A DNA stretch of 64,000 bases from NCBI GenBank assembly GCA_963721485.1, contig CAVRJV010000014.1, positions 6,373 to 70,372 on the forward strand, in the 5' to 3' direction. The DNA comes from an uncultured delta proteobacterium. Its GTDB lineage: Bacteria > Desulfobacterota > Binatia > Binatales > Binataceae. The notes beneath the pieces were generated by a model. That model did no database searches, was not told the DNA's origin, and worked only from the letters and a program-made list of their open reading frames with translations. This document shows positions 11,238-21,736 of this stretch, piece by piece. Numbering within the stretch: the stretch's first letter is position 1; each line of letters begins with the position of its first letter. The position numbers were made by a program, and so were the translations under genes.

Positions 11238-11651
11238 TTACCGCGCAGTCGTGGGATCTACCACCTGCAGGCCCGAAAAGTATCGACGATAGAAGCCGCG
11301 GTCGCGGGTGAGGAACCGATCGGCGGTGACCAGGGCGTGCGCGCCGATGAGGAAATCGGCGGCAATACGGTCGCGCCGGCCTCCAACCGCGCGGTAACGG
11401 CGCCAAGCCTGCGCGGCTCTCGTCGCAGCCTCTTCCGTCATGGGAGAGAAGGCGGCGTGCAGCTGGTTCATAGCCTCCTGAAAACGTCCGGCATCGCCAA
11501 AGACGGAAGCGGCCTCGGCCCATACGACGTCGGACGCGACCAACGCGCCTTCTCTCAGGCAGTCTCGCAGCGCATCGGACGAGGCCCGCGCGAATTTCGG
11601 GTCGGCGCCAAACACGTCGAGCAGGATGTTAGTATCGACGGCGGTGATCAC
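11238..11651 (-). CDS. vapC: PIN-domain toxin VapC
   Basis: MITAVDTNILLDVF N-terminus with acidic PIN residues. 4-nt overlap with the upstream antitoxin gene. Confidence 0.8.
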   Translation of the reverse strand: MITAVDTNILLDVFGADPKFARASSDALRDCLREGALVASDVVWAEAASVFGDAGRFQEAMNQLHAAFSPMTEEAATRAAQAWRRYRAVGGRRDRIAADFLIGAHALVTADRFLTRDRGFYRRYFSGLQVVDPTTAR

Positions 11652-11878
11652 CGACGTCCGCGCAGCTGCGTCATTACCGCGTCAGTGTGGATTCGCTTCC
11701 CGAGGCAGCCGAGCACTTCGCCAACCGGATCGATGTTGCCAGCTTTGACGACGATCAACCTTCCGCGTTCTTCGCTGAACTCGAGTATCGTGCCGGGTCT
11801 AACTCCAAGCCTGTCGCGGAGGCGTTTTGGAATCGTGACCTGACCACGCTCGGCGACGCGCGCTTTCATACTTTTCAT
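11648..11878 (-). CDS. vapB: AbrB/SpoVT-family antitoxin VapB
   Basis: 76 aa. RGQVTIPKRLRDRLGVRPG is a swapped-hairpin AbrB-type motif. Translationally coupled to vapC. Confidence 0.75.
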   Translation of the reverse strand: MKSMKARVAERGQVTIPKRLRDRLGVRPGTILEFSEERGRLIVVKAGNIDPVGEVLGCLGKRIHTDAVMTQLRGRR

Positions 11879-11910
11879 ATATGAAAGTATGAATGAATTT
11901 CATGCATCAT

Positions 11911-12515
11911 TCAAATTGCCAAGATCGAGCGGAGCTTGGCGGGGATGTCTCTCGCGGTCGCTACGTCGGTGATGATTGCGACGGCGTTGGCGCCGGCGGC
12001 GAGGATTTCCGGGATGCGGGCTTCGGTAATGCCGCCGATTGCTACGATTGGAATCTTCACTGCCGCGCGGACTGCGCTGAGATTGTCAAGGCCTAAGCCG
12101 GCCGCGTTGTTCCGCAATCCGCCGGGATAGATCGGGCCGAATCCGATGTAGTCCGCGCCGCCATCTTCGGCGGCGCGCGCCTGCTCGACGTTGTGGGTCG
12201 AGATGCCGATTACCATCGCGGGGCCGGCGATTGGCCGCGCGGCTTCTAGCGGGAGATCGGTCTGCCCGAGATGTACGCCGTGCGCACCGGCGAGGATCGC
12301 GATATCGACGCGGTCGTTGACGATAAGAGTTGCGCCGCGCTTTCGGCACATCCCGACGATCGTGCGCGCCGCAGCAAGAAAGTCGCGGCCAGGCGTATCC
12401 TTGAGGCGCAACTGCATGATTCGCGCGCCGGCGTCGAGGTAGGTTTCCGCCAGCGAGACCGGCTCGTGTCCCCCGGCCGGATCGACCATCGCGTAGAAAT
12501 GCGAGGGTAGCCGCG

Positions 12516-12519
<4 letters not shown>
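11911..12519 (-). CDS. thiE: thiamine-phosphate synthase
   Basis: 202 aa starting [13 protein letters not shown]. Motifs [20 protein letters not shown] and [12 protein letters not shown]. It is the downstream part of chimeric ORF 11911-13479. The ATG overlaps the upstream stop (ATGA). Confidence 0.85.
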
Positions 12520-13990
<1,471 letters not shown>

Positions 13991-14438
13991 GCTCGGCGAA
14001 GTTTTGATTCGAGTAGCGCTTGCGCCCATGGTGGTAGTGCTCACGGGCTACAATCGTAACAGTAAGTTCGATCTTGTCGCCAACGGCGCGGGCATCGTTA
14101 TCAGCAAGGCCTGTTTCCGGGGAAGGCGTCAGGCATGGAAGGGAGATGCTATACATTGGCTGGTGGTCTCGCGACGCCCGAACTACCAAGGGTAGCTTCG
14201 TTCGGTACAATTTGCGTTTTCGGAACCGCGAAGAGTCGCTGTCGCTTTTTCGGGCAGCGAGCAAGAGCCTCGCGGTTGGGCCGTTGACCATATGCGATCA
14301 AAGCACGTTGGCCGCCCGAGTGTAAGGCTGAACATTTCACCCTTGAACAAACGTGGCGGCCGCCCCAACACTTTCTCCAGATCACTACTTCAGCATAGGT
14401 TATTCGCTTTCGGCTCGACGGCTTAAGCAGAGGTTCAG

Positions 14439-15008
14439 TTGATCGGTCCCCATGAGCTGGTTCTGACGGGCAAGATACTCGGTGTAGCCCTCGCCGTTGG
14501 ATTGGACGTGCTGGCGGTCTCAGTTGGAGTCGGCATCTCCCAGCTCGCGATCGATTCCAGGTGGCGCATCGGGTTTGCGTTCGCCGGATCGGAAATCGCG
14601 ATGCAGGTCATCGGTTATGTGCTGGGCACGGGCGCGGGGAAGATTTTGGGCGAGGTCGCGACCTATGTCGGTCTGGTGCTGCTCGCGGCTATCGGCTGCC
14701 TGATGCTTCGAAATTCCTTTGGGGAGCCTGAGGAGCGGAAATTCGACGCGACGCGTGGCACGGGCCTGCTCATTACATCGTTGTCTATAAGCCTCGATTC
14801 GCTCGGCGTAGGAATCGCGCTCCCGACAGTGGGTATTCCGCTTTTGCCGCTACTGATTACGGTATCGATCACGACGACCGTCTTCACCTTCACCGGGTTG
14901 GCATTCGGGGCACGCATCGGCGAACGCTATGAGCACTGGGCCGAGCGCGCAGCCGGGGCGCTTCTGTTGGTGTTGGCGGTGCTGTTCGCGATCGAGCAGT
15001 TCGCATAG
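14439..15008 (+). CDS. mntP: manganese efflux pump MntP family
   Basis: Intact 189-aa ORF (TTG start, AGAGG upstream). It has six hydrophobic segments with the duplicated DUF204 pattern (GLDVLAVSVGVG ... SLDSLGVGIAL). Confidence 0.7.
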   Translation: MIGPHELVLTGKILGVALAVGLDVLAVSVGVGISQLAIDSRWRIGFAFAGSEIAMQVIGYVLGTGAGKILGEVATYVGLVLLAAIGCLMLRNSFGEPEERKFDATRGTGLLITSLSISLDSLGVGIALPTVGIPLLPLLITVSITTTVFTFTGLAFGARIGERYEHWAERAAGALLLVLAVLFAIEQFA

Positions 15009-15149
15009 TAGAGGTGCGCTCCGGGGAGCGATTTTCAGAAACCGGTACCGGCTTCACGTTCGCGAAGCTGTCCGAGGTCCTTCCTCCCGTCGCTGCGCTC
15101 CCGTCGTCGGGATGACACAAAAATCGCGTTGCTTGATTTGGTTGGATAC

Positions 15150-16253
15150 CTATTGGGAGTGTTTTTCGGAGGGGATCATCGGGAGCGTGACTTTGAAGGT
15201 CATTCCGACCTTGATGATTTGGTGCCGCTGGTGCGATCGATGCCGCCGCGATTGGCCCATAGGCGGCCGCCATGCAGCGCGATGATTCTTTGGCATAACA
15301 CCAATCCTAAGCCGGTGCCGGCGGGTTTCGTCGTAAAAAATGGCGTGAACAGTTGAGCGAGCTGATCCTCCGCGATGCCGACGCCGCTGTCGCTTACCTC
15401 GACCCGCAGGAACTGCCGGCGGCGGCCCTCGGCGGTCATCCGGAACTCGCGCTCGATTCGTGTATGCAGCCGAATCGTGCCCGATTCGCCAATCGCCTCG
15501 GCGGCATTCTTGATCAGATTCAGAAACGTCCGCTCCAACGCTGCCGTATCCCCCACCACGTCGGGCAGGCTGGGGTCGAAATCTTGCAGCACCGTCACGC
15601 CCTCGGGCGGCTGCGGGAACAGCCCCGCCATCCGCATCGCCTGGTGCAGCACCATGTGGATGTTGACCGGCTCCTGTACCAGCCGTTGCGGTCCGCTGAC
15701 CATCAGCACCTGCTCGACCAGCGACGCGATGCGGTTGACGCCGTCGAGGATGACGCTGCAGTACTGCTGCGCGCGGCCGTCGTCGGGGAACATCCCGGAC
15801 ATGAGCTCGGCCGCGCCCTTGATGCCGGTCAGCGGATTCTTGACCTCGTGCGCGAGGCCCGCCGGCGACAGCCGCAGGCTCAGGTCGCCGGTGACAGCAG
15901 CCTCGGCCGCGCCTTTTTCGTGAGACAGGTCGTGGAGCAGTATAATGACGCCACCTGGTCGTCCCTCGGCGTTGAGCAGGGGCGAGACCTCGACGCGGAC
16001 AGCCAGCTCGCGGGGGCCAGTCGCCAGGACTGTCTCCATGTCGCCCAAGGTCCTGACCGCTTTCGAGGCATGCCCCAACCATCCGCCCCAGCCAATCGTT
16101 CTGGCGGACCAAATCGGCGACCGTGGCGGCGTTGACCTGGGAGACCCCGAGCATCGTCTCGGCCGCCGGATTGACGACCTGAGGCTCCATCGCGGGCGAC
16201 AGTACGATGATGCCATCGGTCAGGCTATCGATGATGTCGTGCCAGAGGTTCAT
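15150..16253 (-). CDS. PAS-domain sensor histidine kinase (NtrB-like); 2-3 frame breaks
   Basis: N-terminal PAS (IIDSLTDGIIVLSP), H-box LAHEVKNPLTGI, and N/G boxes (FLNLIKNAAEA, SDSGVGI, GTGLGL). The C-terminus GMTFKVTLPM is in another frame. Confidence 0.8.
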   Translation of the reverse strand: MNLWHDIIDSLTDGIIVLSPAMEPQVVNPAAETMLGVSQVNAATVADLVRQNDWLGRMVGACLESGQDLGRHGDSPGDWPPRAGCPRRGLAPAQRRGTTRWRHYTAPRPVSRKRRGRGCCHRRPEPAAVAGGPRARGQESADRHQGRGRAHVRDVPRRRPRAAVLQRHPRRRQPHRVAGRAGADGQRTATAGTGAGQHPHGAAPGDADGGAVPAAARGRDGAARFRPQPARRGGGYGSVGADVSESDQECRRGDWRIGHDSAAYTNRARVPDDRRGPPPAVPAGRGKRQRRRHRGGSARSTVHAIFYDETRRHRLRIGVMPKNHRAAWRPPMGQSRRHRSHQRHQIIKVGMTFKVTLPMIPSEKHSQ

Positions 16254-16488
16254 CCTCGGTCAGTGGCCTCGCGACGGTCGGATTTGCTCACCGTAACACA
16301 AAGGGCGCGATTGGCTGAACTTGCCGTAACGAAGATCCCAGCCATCCAGCTTCGAGATTCGTGAGCATTTGCAAGCCTTTGTTAAGAATTAGAAGGTCGA
16401 CTATTAGACTTTTTAATGGATTATCTACCGCAAATCAGTTGATCCCGGCCGCCTCGGTCGGTACCGTTGGTCATCTTCTCGGGGGAGA

Positions 16489-17469
16489 ATGCGTAAGCCC
16501 AAGTTTATCTATCGAGCGTTCGTTGTCCTGATGGCGGCCCTTATGGTCGCCGGATGGGCGGCCGCTCGCGCTGCTGCACAGGATTTCGGCCCCGAGGGCC
16601 CGTCCGCTGCAACTGCGTCGTCCCCGAGCTTGGTAGAGACCGCCAGCGACGGCTTTCAACTAGAGACTCCTGCCGAGGCTGGAGCCAAGCCTATATCGTC
16701 ATCCTACGTGCTGTCTGCGCCCGAGGCGGTTCCCCCGTTCCCGATTCAGCTTAATCAGGCCGTCCGACGCTATGTGTCGGATTTCATGAGTTCTCCTGAC
16801 CATCTGCAGGATACCTTCGACCGCAGTCATCCCTACCTGCCCGACATGGTCAAAGTGCTGCGAAGCTACGGCCTCCCCGACGACCTGGTGTACCTGGCTT
16901 TCGCTGAAAGCGAATTTACGAAGCAGGGCAAGGGTCCGTGGCAATTCAATAGCGACACGGCCAGACACTACGGGCTGCGTATCGATAATTACGTCGACGA
17001 GCGCCGCGACCCCGTGATGTCCACCAAGGCGGCGGCCGAGTACTTGGCCACCCTGCACGACGAAGCGGGCAACGATTGGCCGATGACGCTGGTCGCATGG
17101 AACAACGGCGACAGCGCAATCAACCGCTATTGGTCGCTGCGCGGTCACACGATGGAGAAGTTCGGCAGTCGGCTGCCGCGCAGAACTCGCGGGCTGCTGG
17201 GACGATTCATGGCGGTTGCGTACATCGCGCATCACGCGGACAGCTACGGGGTTACGCCGATCAAGCTCGACGAACCACCCGCTTTCCACATGCTGCTGGT
17301 TCGCGGTGGGACTCCGCTCAGCCGCGTCGCGCTCGATCACGGGACGACGCTGCAGCATTTGCGCGATCTGAATCCAGCCCTGCTGCACGACGTGGTACCC
17401 CCGAACGAGCGCTCGTACAGCGTCCGTATCCCGGCGGAACCTGACATCCGCACCTCTTCCGCCTTTTAA
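16489..17469 (+). CDS. lytic transglycosylase (SLT domain) with C-terminal LysM-like domain
   Basis: Signal peptide, SLT catalytic motif LAFAESEF ... AWNNG, and a C-terminal LLVRGGTPLSRVALDHGTTLQHLRDLNP. Confidence 0.7.
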   Translation: MRKPKFIYRAFVVLMAALMVAGWAAARAAAQDFGPEGPSAATASSPSLVETASDGFQLETPAEAGAKPISSSYVLSAPEAVPPFPIQLNQAVRRYVSDFMSSPDHLQDTFDRSHPYLPDMVKVLRSYGLPDDLVYLAFAESEFTKQGKGPWQFNSDTARHYGLRIDNYVDERRDPVMSTKAAAEYLATLHDEAGNDWPMTLVAWNNGDSAINRYWSLRGHTMEKFGSRLPRRTRGLLGRFMAVAYIAHHADSYGVTPIKLDEPPAFHMLLVRGGTPLSRVALDHGTTLQHLRDLNPALLHDVVPPNERSYSVRIPAEPDIRTSSAF

Positions 17470-17570
17470 AGTTCTTTTCTCGCGCACTGCGCAGGCCGGC
17501 TCTGGCTGGTCGTATGACGTTTGTTGGTCGCCGGTTCATTTGCGATTGCAAGCGGCGTATCCTTCCTCGC

Positions 17571-18839
17571 ATGATTAGCGCCGATCAGGCTTTGCAGATC
17601 GTCCTCGAGAACGTCGCGCCGCTGGGCGTCGAGCGCGTTCCGATACTCGAGGCGTTGGGGCGCGTGCTCGCGGAAGACATCAGGTCGTCGCGCGATATTC
17701 CGGGGTTCGACAACTCTGCGATGGATGGCTATGCGGTGCGCGCTGCCGACGTCGCCAAGGCGTCCGAGGCGAGCCCGGTCAAGCTGAAGGTCGTCGAGAC
17801 TGTCGGCGCTGGTCAAATGCCGACGCGACGCGTGAGCGCGGGCGAGGCGGCTCGCACGATGACGGGCGCGCCGATTGCCGAAGGTGCGGACGCTATCATT
17901 CAGGTCGAACGCACGCGCGGGACCGGCGATATCGTCGAGTTTCTCGTCGCTGCGGACAAGGGCGCGTTTATCCGGCCGCGCGGCGAGGATCTGCACCGGG
18001 GCGAACTCGTCATGTCAACGGGCAAACTGCTGACGCCTGCGGACCTCGGGATGCTCGCGTCGGTGAATCGCGCGATGGTCGAGGTGATTCGACGGCCGCG
18101 TGTCGCGATCGTCGCCACCGGCGACGAGCTGGTGGACGTCGATCAGCCGCCGACCGGCGCGCAGATCGTGAACTCCAGTGCGTACGCGCTCGCGAGTGCG
18201 GTGCGCGAAGCCGGCGGCGAGCCGACAATTCTCAAGGTGGCGCGCGACGATGCGCGCGAGATTCGCGATCGCCTGGCCGAGGCGATGACCTTCGACGCGG
18301 TGCTCTCGACCGGCGGCGTCTCGGTCGGCCAGTTCGATCACGTCAAGGGCGCGCTCGACGAACTCGGGATGCGCCAACTGTTTCACGGCGTCGCGCAGAA
18401 GCCGGGGCGTCCGCTCAAGTTCGGCACCGTCGGCTACCGCCCAATCTTCGGCCTGCCGGGGAATCCCGTTTCGACGCTGGTGTGCTTTTATCTGTATGCG
18501 CGGCCCGCGATCCTGAAGATGCGAGGGGTGCGGCGCGTCGGCCTGCCGCGGGTCATCGCGCGATGCGCTGTCGAGATCAAAACTTCGAAGGATCTCACCG
18601 AGTTCGTGCGGGTCAAAGTCGAGCGTCAGGCGGACGGCTGGATTGCGACGCCTACCGGCAGCCAGGGGTCGGGGATTTTCAGCTCGCTCTCGCGCGCCGA
18701 CGGGTTGCTGATCGGACCGTCAACTGAAACGATCTTGAAACTGGGCGCTCAGGCGACCGTGCTGCTCCTGGGAGCGGACGGCGATGTAGGCGCGGTTGCG
18801 GCCGATGAGCTGTTCGAGGGCCGGACCCATAGCCAGTGA
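17571..18839 (+). CDS. moeA: molybdopterin molybdotransferase
   Basis: MISADQALQIV..., FDNSAMDGYAV, TGDELV and GLPGNPVS motifs. The last ~30 codons overlap the convergent gene, so the 3' end is uncertain. Confidence 0.85.
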   Translation: MISADQALQIVLENVAPLGVERVPILEALGRVLAEDIRSSRDIPGFDNSAMDGYAVRAADVAKASEASPVKLKVVETVGAGQMPTRRVSAGEAARTMTGAPIAEGADAIIQVERTRGTGDIVEFLVAADKGAFIRPRGEDLHRGELVMSTGKLLTPADLGMLASVNRAMVEVIRRPRVAIVATGDELVDVDQPPTGAQIVNSSAYALASAVREAGGEPTILKVARDDAREIRDRLAEAMTFDAVLSTGGVSVGQFDHVKGALDELGMRQLFHGVAQKPGRPLKFGTVGYRPIFGLPGNPVSTLVCFYLYARPAILKMRGVRRVGLPRVIARCAVEIKTSKDLTEFVRVKVERQADGWIATPTGSQGSGIFSSLSRADGLLIGPSTETILKLGAQATVLLLGADGDVGAVAADELFEGRTHSQ

Positions 18840-19039
18840 ATCACGATCGTCGCGACGGACCCGAAAATCGCGGCGCCGATTATCACCGCCGAGAGCCTGA
18901 GTTGCAGTTTCAGGATGTTGAACGGCAGCAGGTAGAACGTGACCATGTCGATCTGAAAGTTTGCGTAAATGACGTACGCCACCCACACGACCACGATTGT
19001 GCCGACGATGAATTTCGGGTTCTTCACAAATGCGGGCAT
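18749..19039 (-). CDS. LapA/DUF1049-like small inner-membrane protein
   Basis: Two TM segments with a short loop (ANFQIDMVTFYLLPF) as in DUF1049. The C-terminal Ser/Ala/Pro tail overlaps the moeA 3' end and may be a frame artefact. Confidence 0.45.
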   Translation of the reverse strand: MPAFVKNPKFIVGTIVVVWVAYVIYANFQIDMVTFYLLPFNILKLQLRLSAVIIGAAIFGSVATIVIHWLWVRPSNSSSAATAPTSPSAPRSSTVA

Positions 19040-19151
19040 CGCGAGCGATCCTCCTCACGGACAATGTGAAAAGCTTGGCGGCTGAAATCGCGGTTGTCAA
19101 CGCAGTCGGGCGCAGCGCAAATGATGCGCTCGACGCGCAAGGAGTCCGGCA

Positions 19152-19637
19152 ATGGCGCCGCGCTATCGGGTAGGCAACGGCTTCGATTTCCATCCGCTCG
19201 AAGCGGGGCGCCGTCTCGTGCTCGGTGGCGTCGAGATCGAGCATGACAAGGGACTGCGCGGGCATTCGGACGCCGATGTCGCGGCGCATGCGCTCGCCAA
19301 CGCGATCCTCGGCGCGATCGGCGCCGGCGATTTGGGACGTCACTTCCCCGACAACGATCCGCAACATAAAAACGCCGACTCGATCGCGCTGCTCGGCCGC
19401 GTCTGGAAACTGGCAAGCGATCAAGGATGGCGCCTTGGCAACGCTGACCTGACAATCTTCGCCGAGCAGCCGAAGCTGAAACCGCATCTCGACGCGATGC
19501 GCGCGCGGCTCGCTTCCGCAGTCGGCGCGGATCAATCGCGCGTCAACGTGAAAGCGTCCAGCCCCGAGGGCCTCGGCGCGTTGGGCCGCGGCGAAGGCAT
19601 GGCCGCGGCAGCAATCGTGATGCTCGAAGCCGACTGA
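19152..19637 (+). CDS. ispF: 2-C-methyl-D-erythritol 2,4-cyclodiphosphate synthase
   Basis: Intact 161 aa. Motifs GNGFDFH, GHSDADV and FPDNDP. Confidence 0.9.
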   Translation: MAPRYRVGNGFDFHPLEAGRRLVLGGVEIEHDKGLRGHSDADVAAHALANAILGAIGAGDLGRHFPDNDPQHKNADSIALLGRVWKLASDQGWRLGNADLTIFAEQPKLKPHLDAMRARLASAVGADQSRVNVKASSPEGLGALGRGEGMAAAAIVMLEAD

Positions 19638-19657
19638 TTTATTCCGGTTCCCCTTCC

Positions 19658-19691
19658 CCCTCGGGAAGGCGAGTATGCAGAACTTGACATG
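19658..19691 (+). repeat. left target-site duplication (CCCTCGGGAAGG, 19658-19669) plus left terminal inverted repeat (19670-19691) of the IS element
   Basis: IR-L is CGAGTATGCAGAACTTGACATG. The identical 12-mer recurs at 21693-21704. Confidence 0.75.
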
Positions 19692-19763
19692 TAATGGTGT
19701 CCGGTTCATGCTACCCTCGTTTGACGGGAAGGCAATTTATCTCCCGAGAACGAGGAAAGTTCT

Positions 19764-20438
19764 ATGCTGCGTGATTGGCTTAATCCGGCCTCGTGGTACG
19801 TTCCTTTGTGGGTTCTGGCTGGCACCGTAATGGGGATCATCGGACCCCATGGACCGGTTGGAATCGGCGTTTGGCTCATATTGGGCGCTATCATTGCGGT
19901 CTTTGCATGGAAGGCAAGTGCCGAACAAACCAAGCAATCGAGGGAAATCCACGAATACCTTGGCAAATTGGTTGACGCTTCAAGCTCGTCTCCGACAGCC
20001 ATAATTTCAGCCGTCGCCGCGAAGATTCTAGCTCTGGAAGCACGAGTCGCAGATTTGAAGTGGCGGACTGTAACGGCGGATCAACGAAAACGATTCTGCG
20101 ACGCGATGCCCAAAGATCGTCGCATTCCGATGTGGTGCGTGTGGTGCGCTCCAGCCGATGCGGAAGCAGTGAGCTACGCAAAGCAGGTTCTTAGAATGTT
20201 CGTTGAAGGAGGAGTTGCCATGACCGATCCTGGTTATTATGAGGTCAATAACCAACTATCACGCTTCGATAAATACGGCCTGGTTCTGGTCGCCAAAAAC
20301 ACCGATCTGACAGAAGTGCAGATTCTCAAGGGGGCCTTTGACGCCGCAGGCGTAGAATGTGCCGTGTCATCAGAAGGATTTGAGAAGGGGTCTGATGGGT
20401 TTTACGCGCTTAGGGTTGGCCCCAAACCAGAAGGTTAA
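19764..20438 (+). CDS. hypothetical membrane-anchored protein (IS cargo ORF A)
   Basis: GAGGAAAG RBS 5 nt upstream of the ATG. Two N-terminal TM helices, a predicted helical linker and a ~120-aa soluble C-terminal domain. I recognise no family. Confidence 0.6.
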   Translation: MLRDWLNPASWYVPLWVLAGTVMGIIGPHGPVGIGVWLILGAIIAVFAWKASAEQTKQSREIHEYLGKLVDASSSSPTAIISAVAAKILALEARVADLKWRTVTADQRKRFCDAMPKDRRIPMWCVWCAPADAEAVSYAKQVLRMFVEGGVAMTDPGYYEVNNQLSRFDKYGLVLVAKNTDLTEVQILKGAFDAAGVECAVSSEGFEKGSDGFYALRVGPKPEG

Positions 20439-20441
20439 AAT

Positions 20442-20687
20442 ATGACCCGATTAAATCTTGGCGCAGCAATCGTACTCGCTGTCGGACTTGTCATCGCCAG
20501 CGTGCTGATCGGTGGAATCTACGAAACGCGGAGTGCGAGCGAGAACGCCGCTTTTCTGTGGCGCATAAATCGGTTCACCGGCTCGATAGTCATTTGCTCG
20601 CCGGTATCTCACGACCCGCACGCAGACCCTAATGTGCTAGCACCTCAATGCTTTGATGTGCCGTTCAAGAATGGAAATTCCAACTGA
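20442..20687 (+). CDS. hypothetical small membrane/secreted protein (IS cargo ORF B)
   Basis: Starts 3 nt after the ORF A stop. N-terminal hydrophobic anchor LGAAIVLAVGLVIASVLIGGI, with 2 Cys in the exported part. I recognise no family. Confidence 0.5.
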   Translation: MTRLNLGAAIVLAVGLVIASVLIGGIYETRSASENAAFLWRINRFTGSIVICSPVSHDPHADPNVLAPQCFDVPFKNGNSN

Positions 20688-20733
20688 ATTGGTTTGCCGT
20701 CGCGATGCAGAAGCGTCCGCCAGTTCGGACGCC

Positions 20734-21642
20734 TCAGCATCCTGCTATTGCGCTCCCGAAGATGTCGGGATTGTGTCGATTGTTGAATCGGAACGAGAAC
20801 TCCGCAAGGTACAGCGGCAGGTATTTCTTGCTCACGTTGTGGTAGGTGCCAACGATCCCGCGCTTCAAGAGCGACCAGAACGATTCGATATTGTTCGTAT
20901 GTACGTTGCCGCGCACGTACTGGCCCGCTCCGTGGCTTACGGTTTCATGTGGCATCACCCATCCGAGATAGCGATAGCCGCTATGCTCATCGGTTGCGAC
21001 CAGATCAACTTTGTCGCTGACAGTCTTGCGGACGAACCGCGTCAAGGTTTCAGTGTCGGCGTTCTCGATCATCTTGCAGACCACGTTTCCCTTCCGACTG
21101 ATCGCGCCGACAACCGGAGTCTTTCCAGCGGTTCCGGTTCCCCTGATTTTCTTATCCCAATGACGATTGCGGTTCGCTCCGCCGATGTAAGTCTCATCTA
21201 CTTCTACGATGCCCATGAGCTGGCGGAACTCCGGATCGTTCATCGCGGCGCGCAAGCGATGGCACATGTAGAAGGCCGTCCGATAAGAACCGGAACCGAT
21301 GGTCCGGTGAACCTGCAAGGCGCTGACGCCTTTCTTGCTGGTCAGCATCATATAGAGAACGTGGAACCAAGTGCGGAGCGGGTAGTTCGTGTTCTCGAAA
21401 ATCGTTTTGACGTAGAGCGAGAACCGATAGCCGGTCGGATTGCACTTCTGGCACTGCCAGTGCCACGGCTTATGCTTCAACAGCCAGACCTGCTCATTGC
21501 CGCATCGCGGGCATTTGACGCCAGTCGGCCAGCGGCGCGAGACGAGATACGCCTTGCAGGAATCCTCATTGGGGAACATCCGCTCAAACTGGCCGATGGT
21601 CATTTGGGGCGTGAACTTTGGGGCATGGCCTTCTTTCTTCAT
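20734..21642 (-). CDS. IS1595-family (ISXO2-like) DDE transposase
   Basis: Intact 302 aa. Zinc ribbon CPRCG...CQKC, then VEVDETYIGG ... LVATDEHSGY ... NNIESFWSLLKRG, typical of the family. Confidence 0.85.
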   Translation of the reverse strand: MKKEGHAPKFTPQMTIGQFERMFPNEDSCKAYLVSRRWPTGVKCPRCGNEQVWLLKHKPWHWQCQKCNPTGYRFSLYVKTIFENTNYPLRTWFHVLYMMLTSKKGVSALQVHRTIGSGSYRTAFYMCHRLRAAMNDPEFRQLMGIVEVDETYIGGANRNRHWDKKIRGTGTAGKTPVVGAISRKGNVVCKMIENADTETLTRFVRKTVSDKVDLVATDEHSGYRYLGWVMPHETVSHGAGQYVRGNVHTNNIESFWSLLKRGIVGTYHNVSKKYLPLYLAEFSFRFNNRHNPDIFGSAIAGC

Positions 21643-21670
21643 GCCCCAACATTTAGCGCGACTAGCGCTT

Positions 21671-21704
21671 CATGTCAAGTAGTGCATAATCGCCCTCGGG
21701 AAGG
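21671..21704 (-). repeat. right terminal inverted repeat (21671-21692) plus right target-site duplication (21693-21704)
   Basis: The reverse complement of 21671-21692 is CGATTATGCACTACTTGACATG. It contains TTGACA, then 17 nt, then TAAATG ending 7 nt before the transposase ATG (inward promoter, near-leaderless). Confidence 0.75.
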
Positions 21705-21736
21705 GGGTAGGTTGGTCGCGACATCGCCCACTCTCA

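Larger units (their letters stand above)
19670..21692 (-). mobile_element. IS1595-family insertion sequence carrying two cargo ORFs (about 2.0 kb)
   Basis: 22-bp imperfect terminal inverted repeats (19 of 22 identical), a flanking 12-bp direct repeat, a single DDE transposase with an N-terminal zinc ribbon, and visibly lower GC than the flanks. Confidence 0.8.

Noticed and set aside
13991-14438. yybP-ykoY manganese riboswitch upstream of mntP.
   Set aside because: The conserved GGGGAGUAG and UUGACAUA...AGCAAGACC blocks are absent in the correct order and strand. Only a weak AGCAAGGCC match occurs, about 330 nt upstream.
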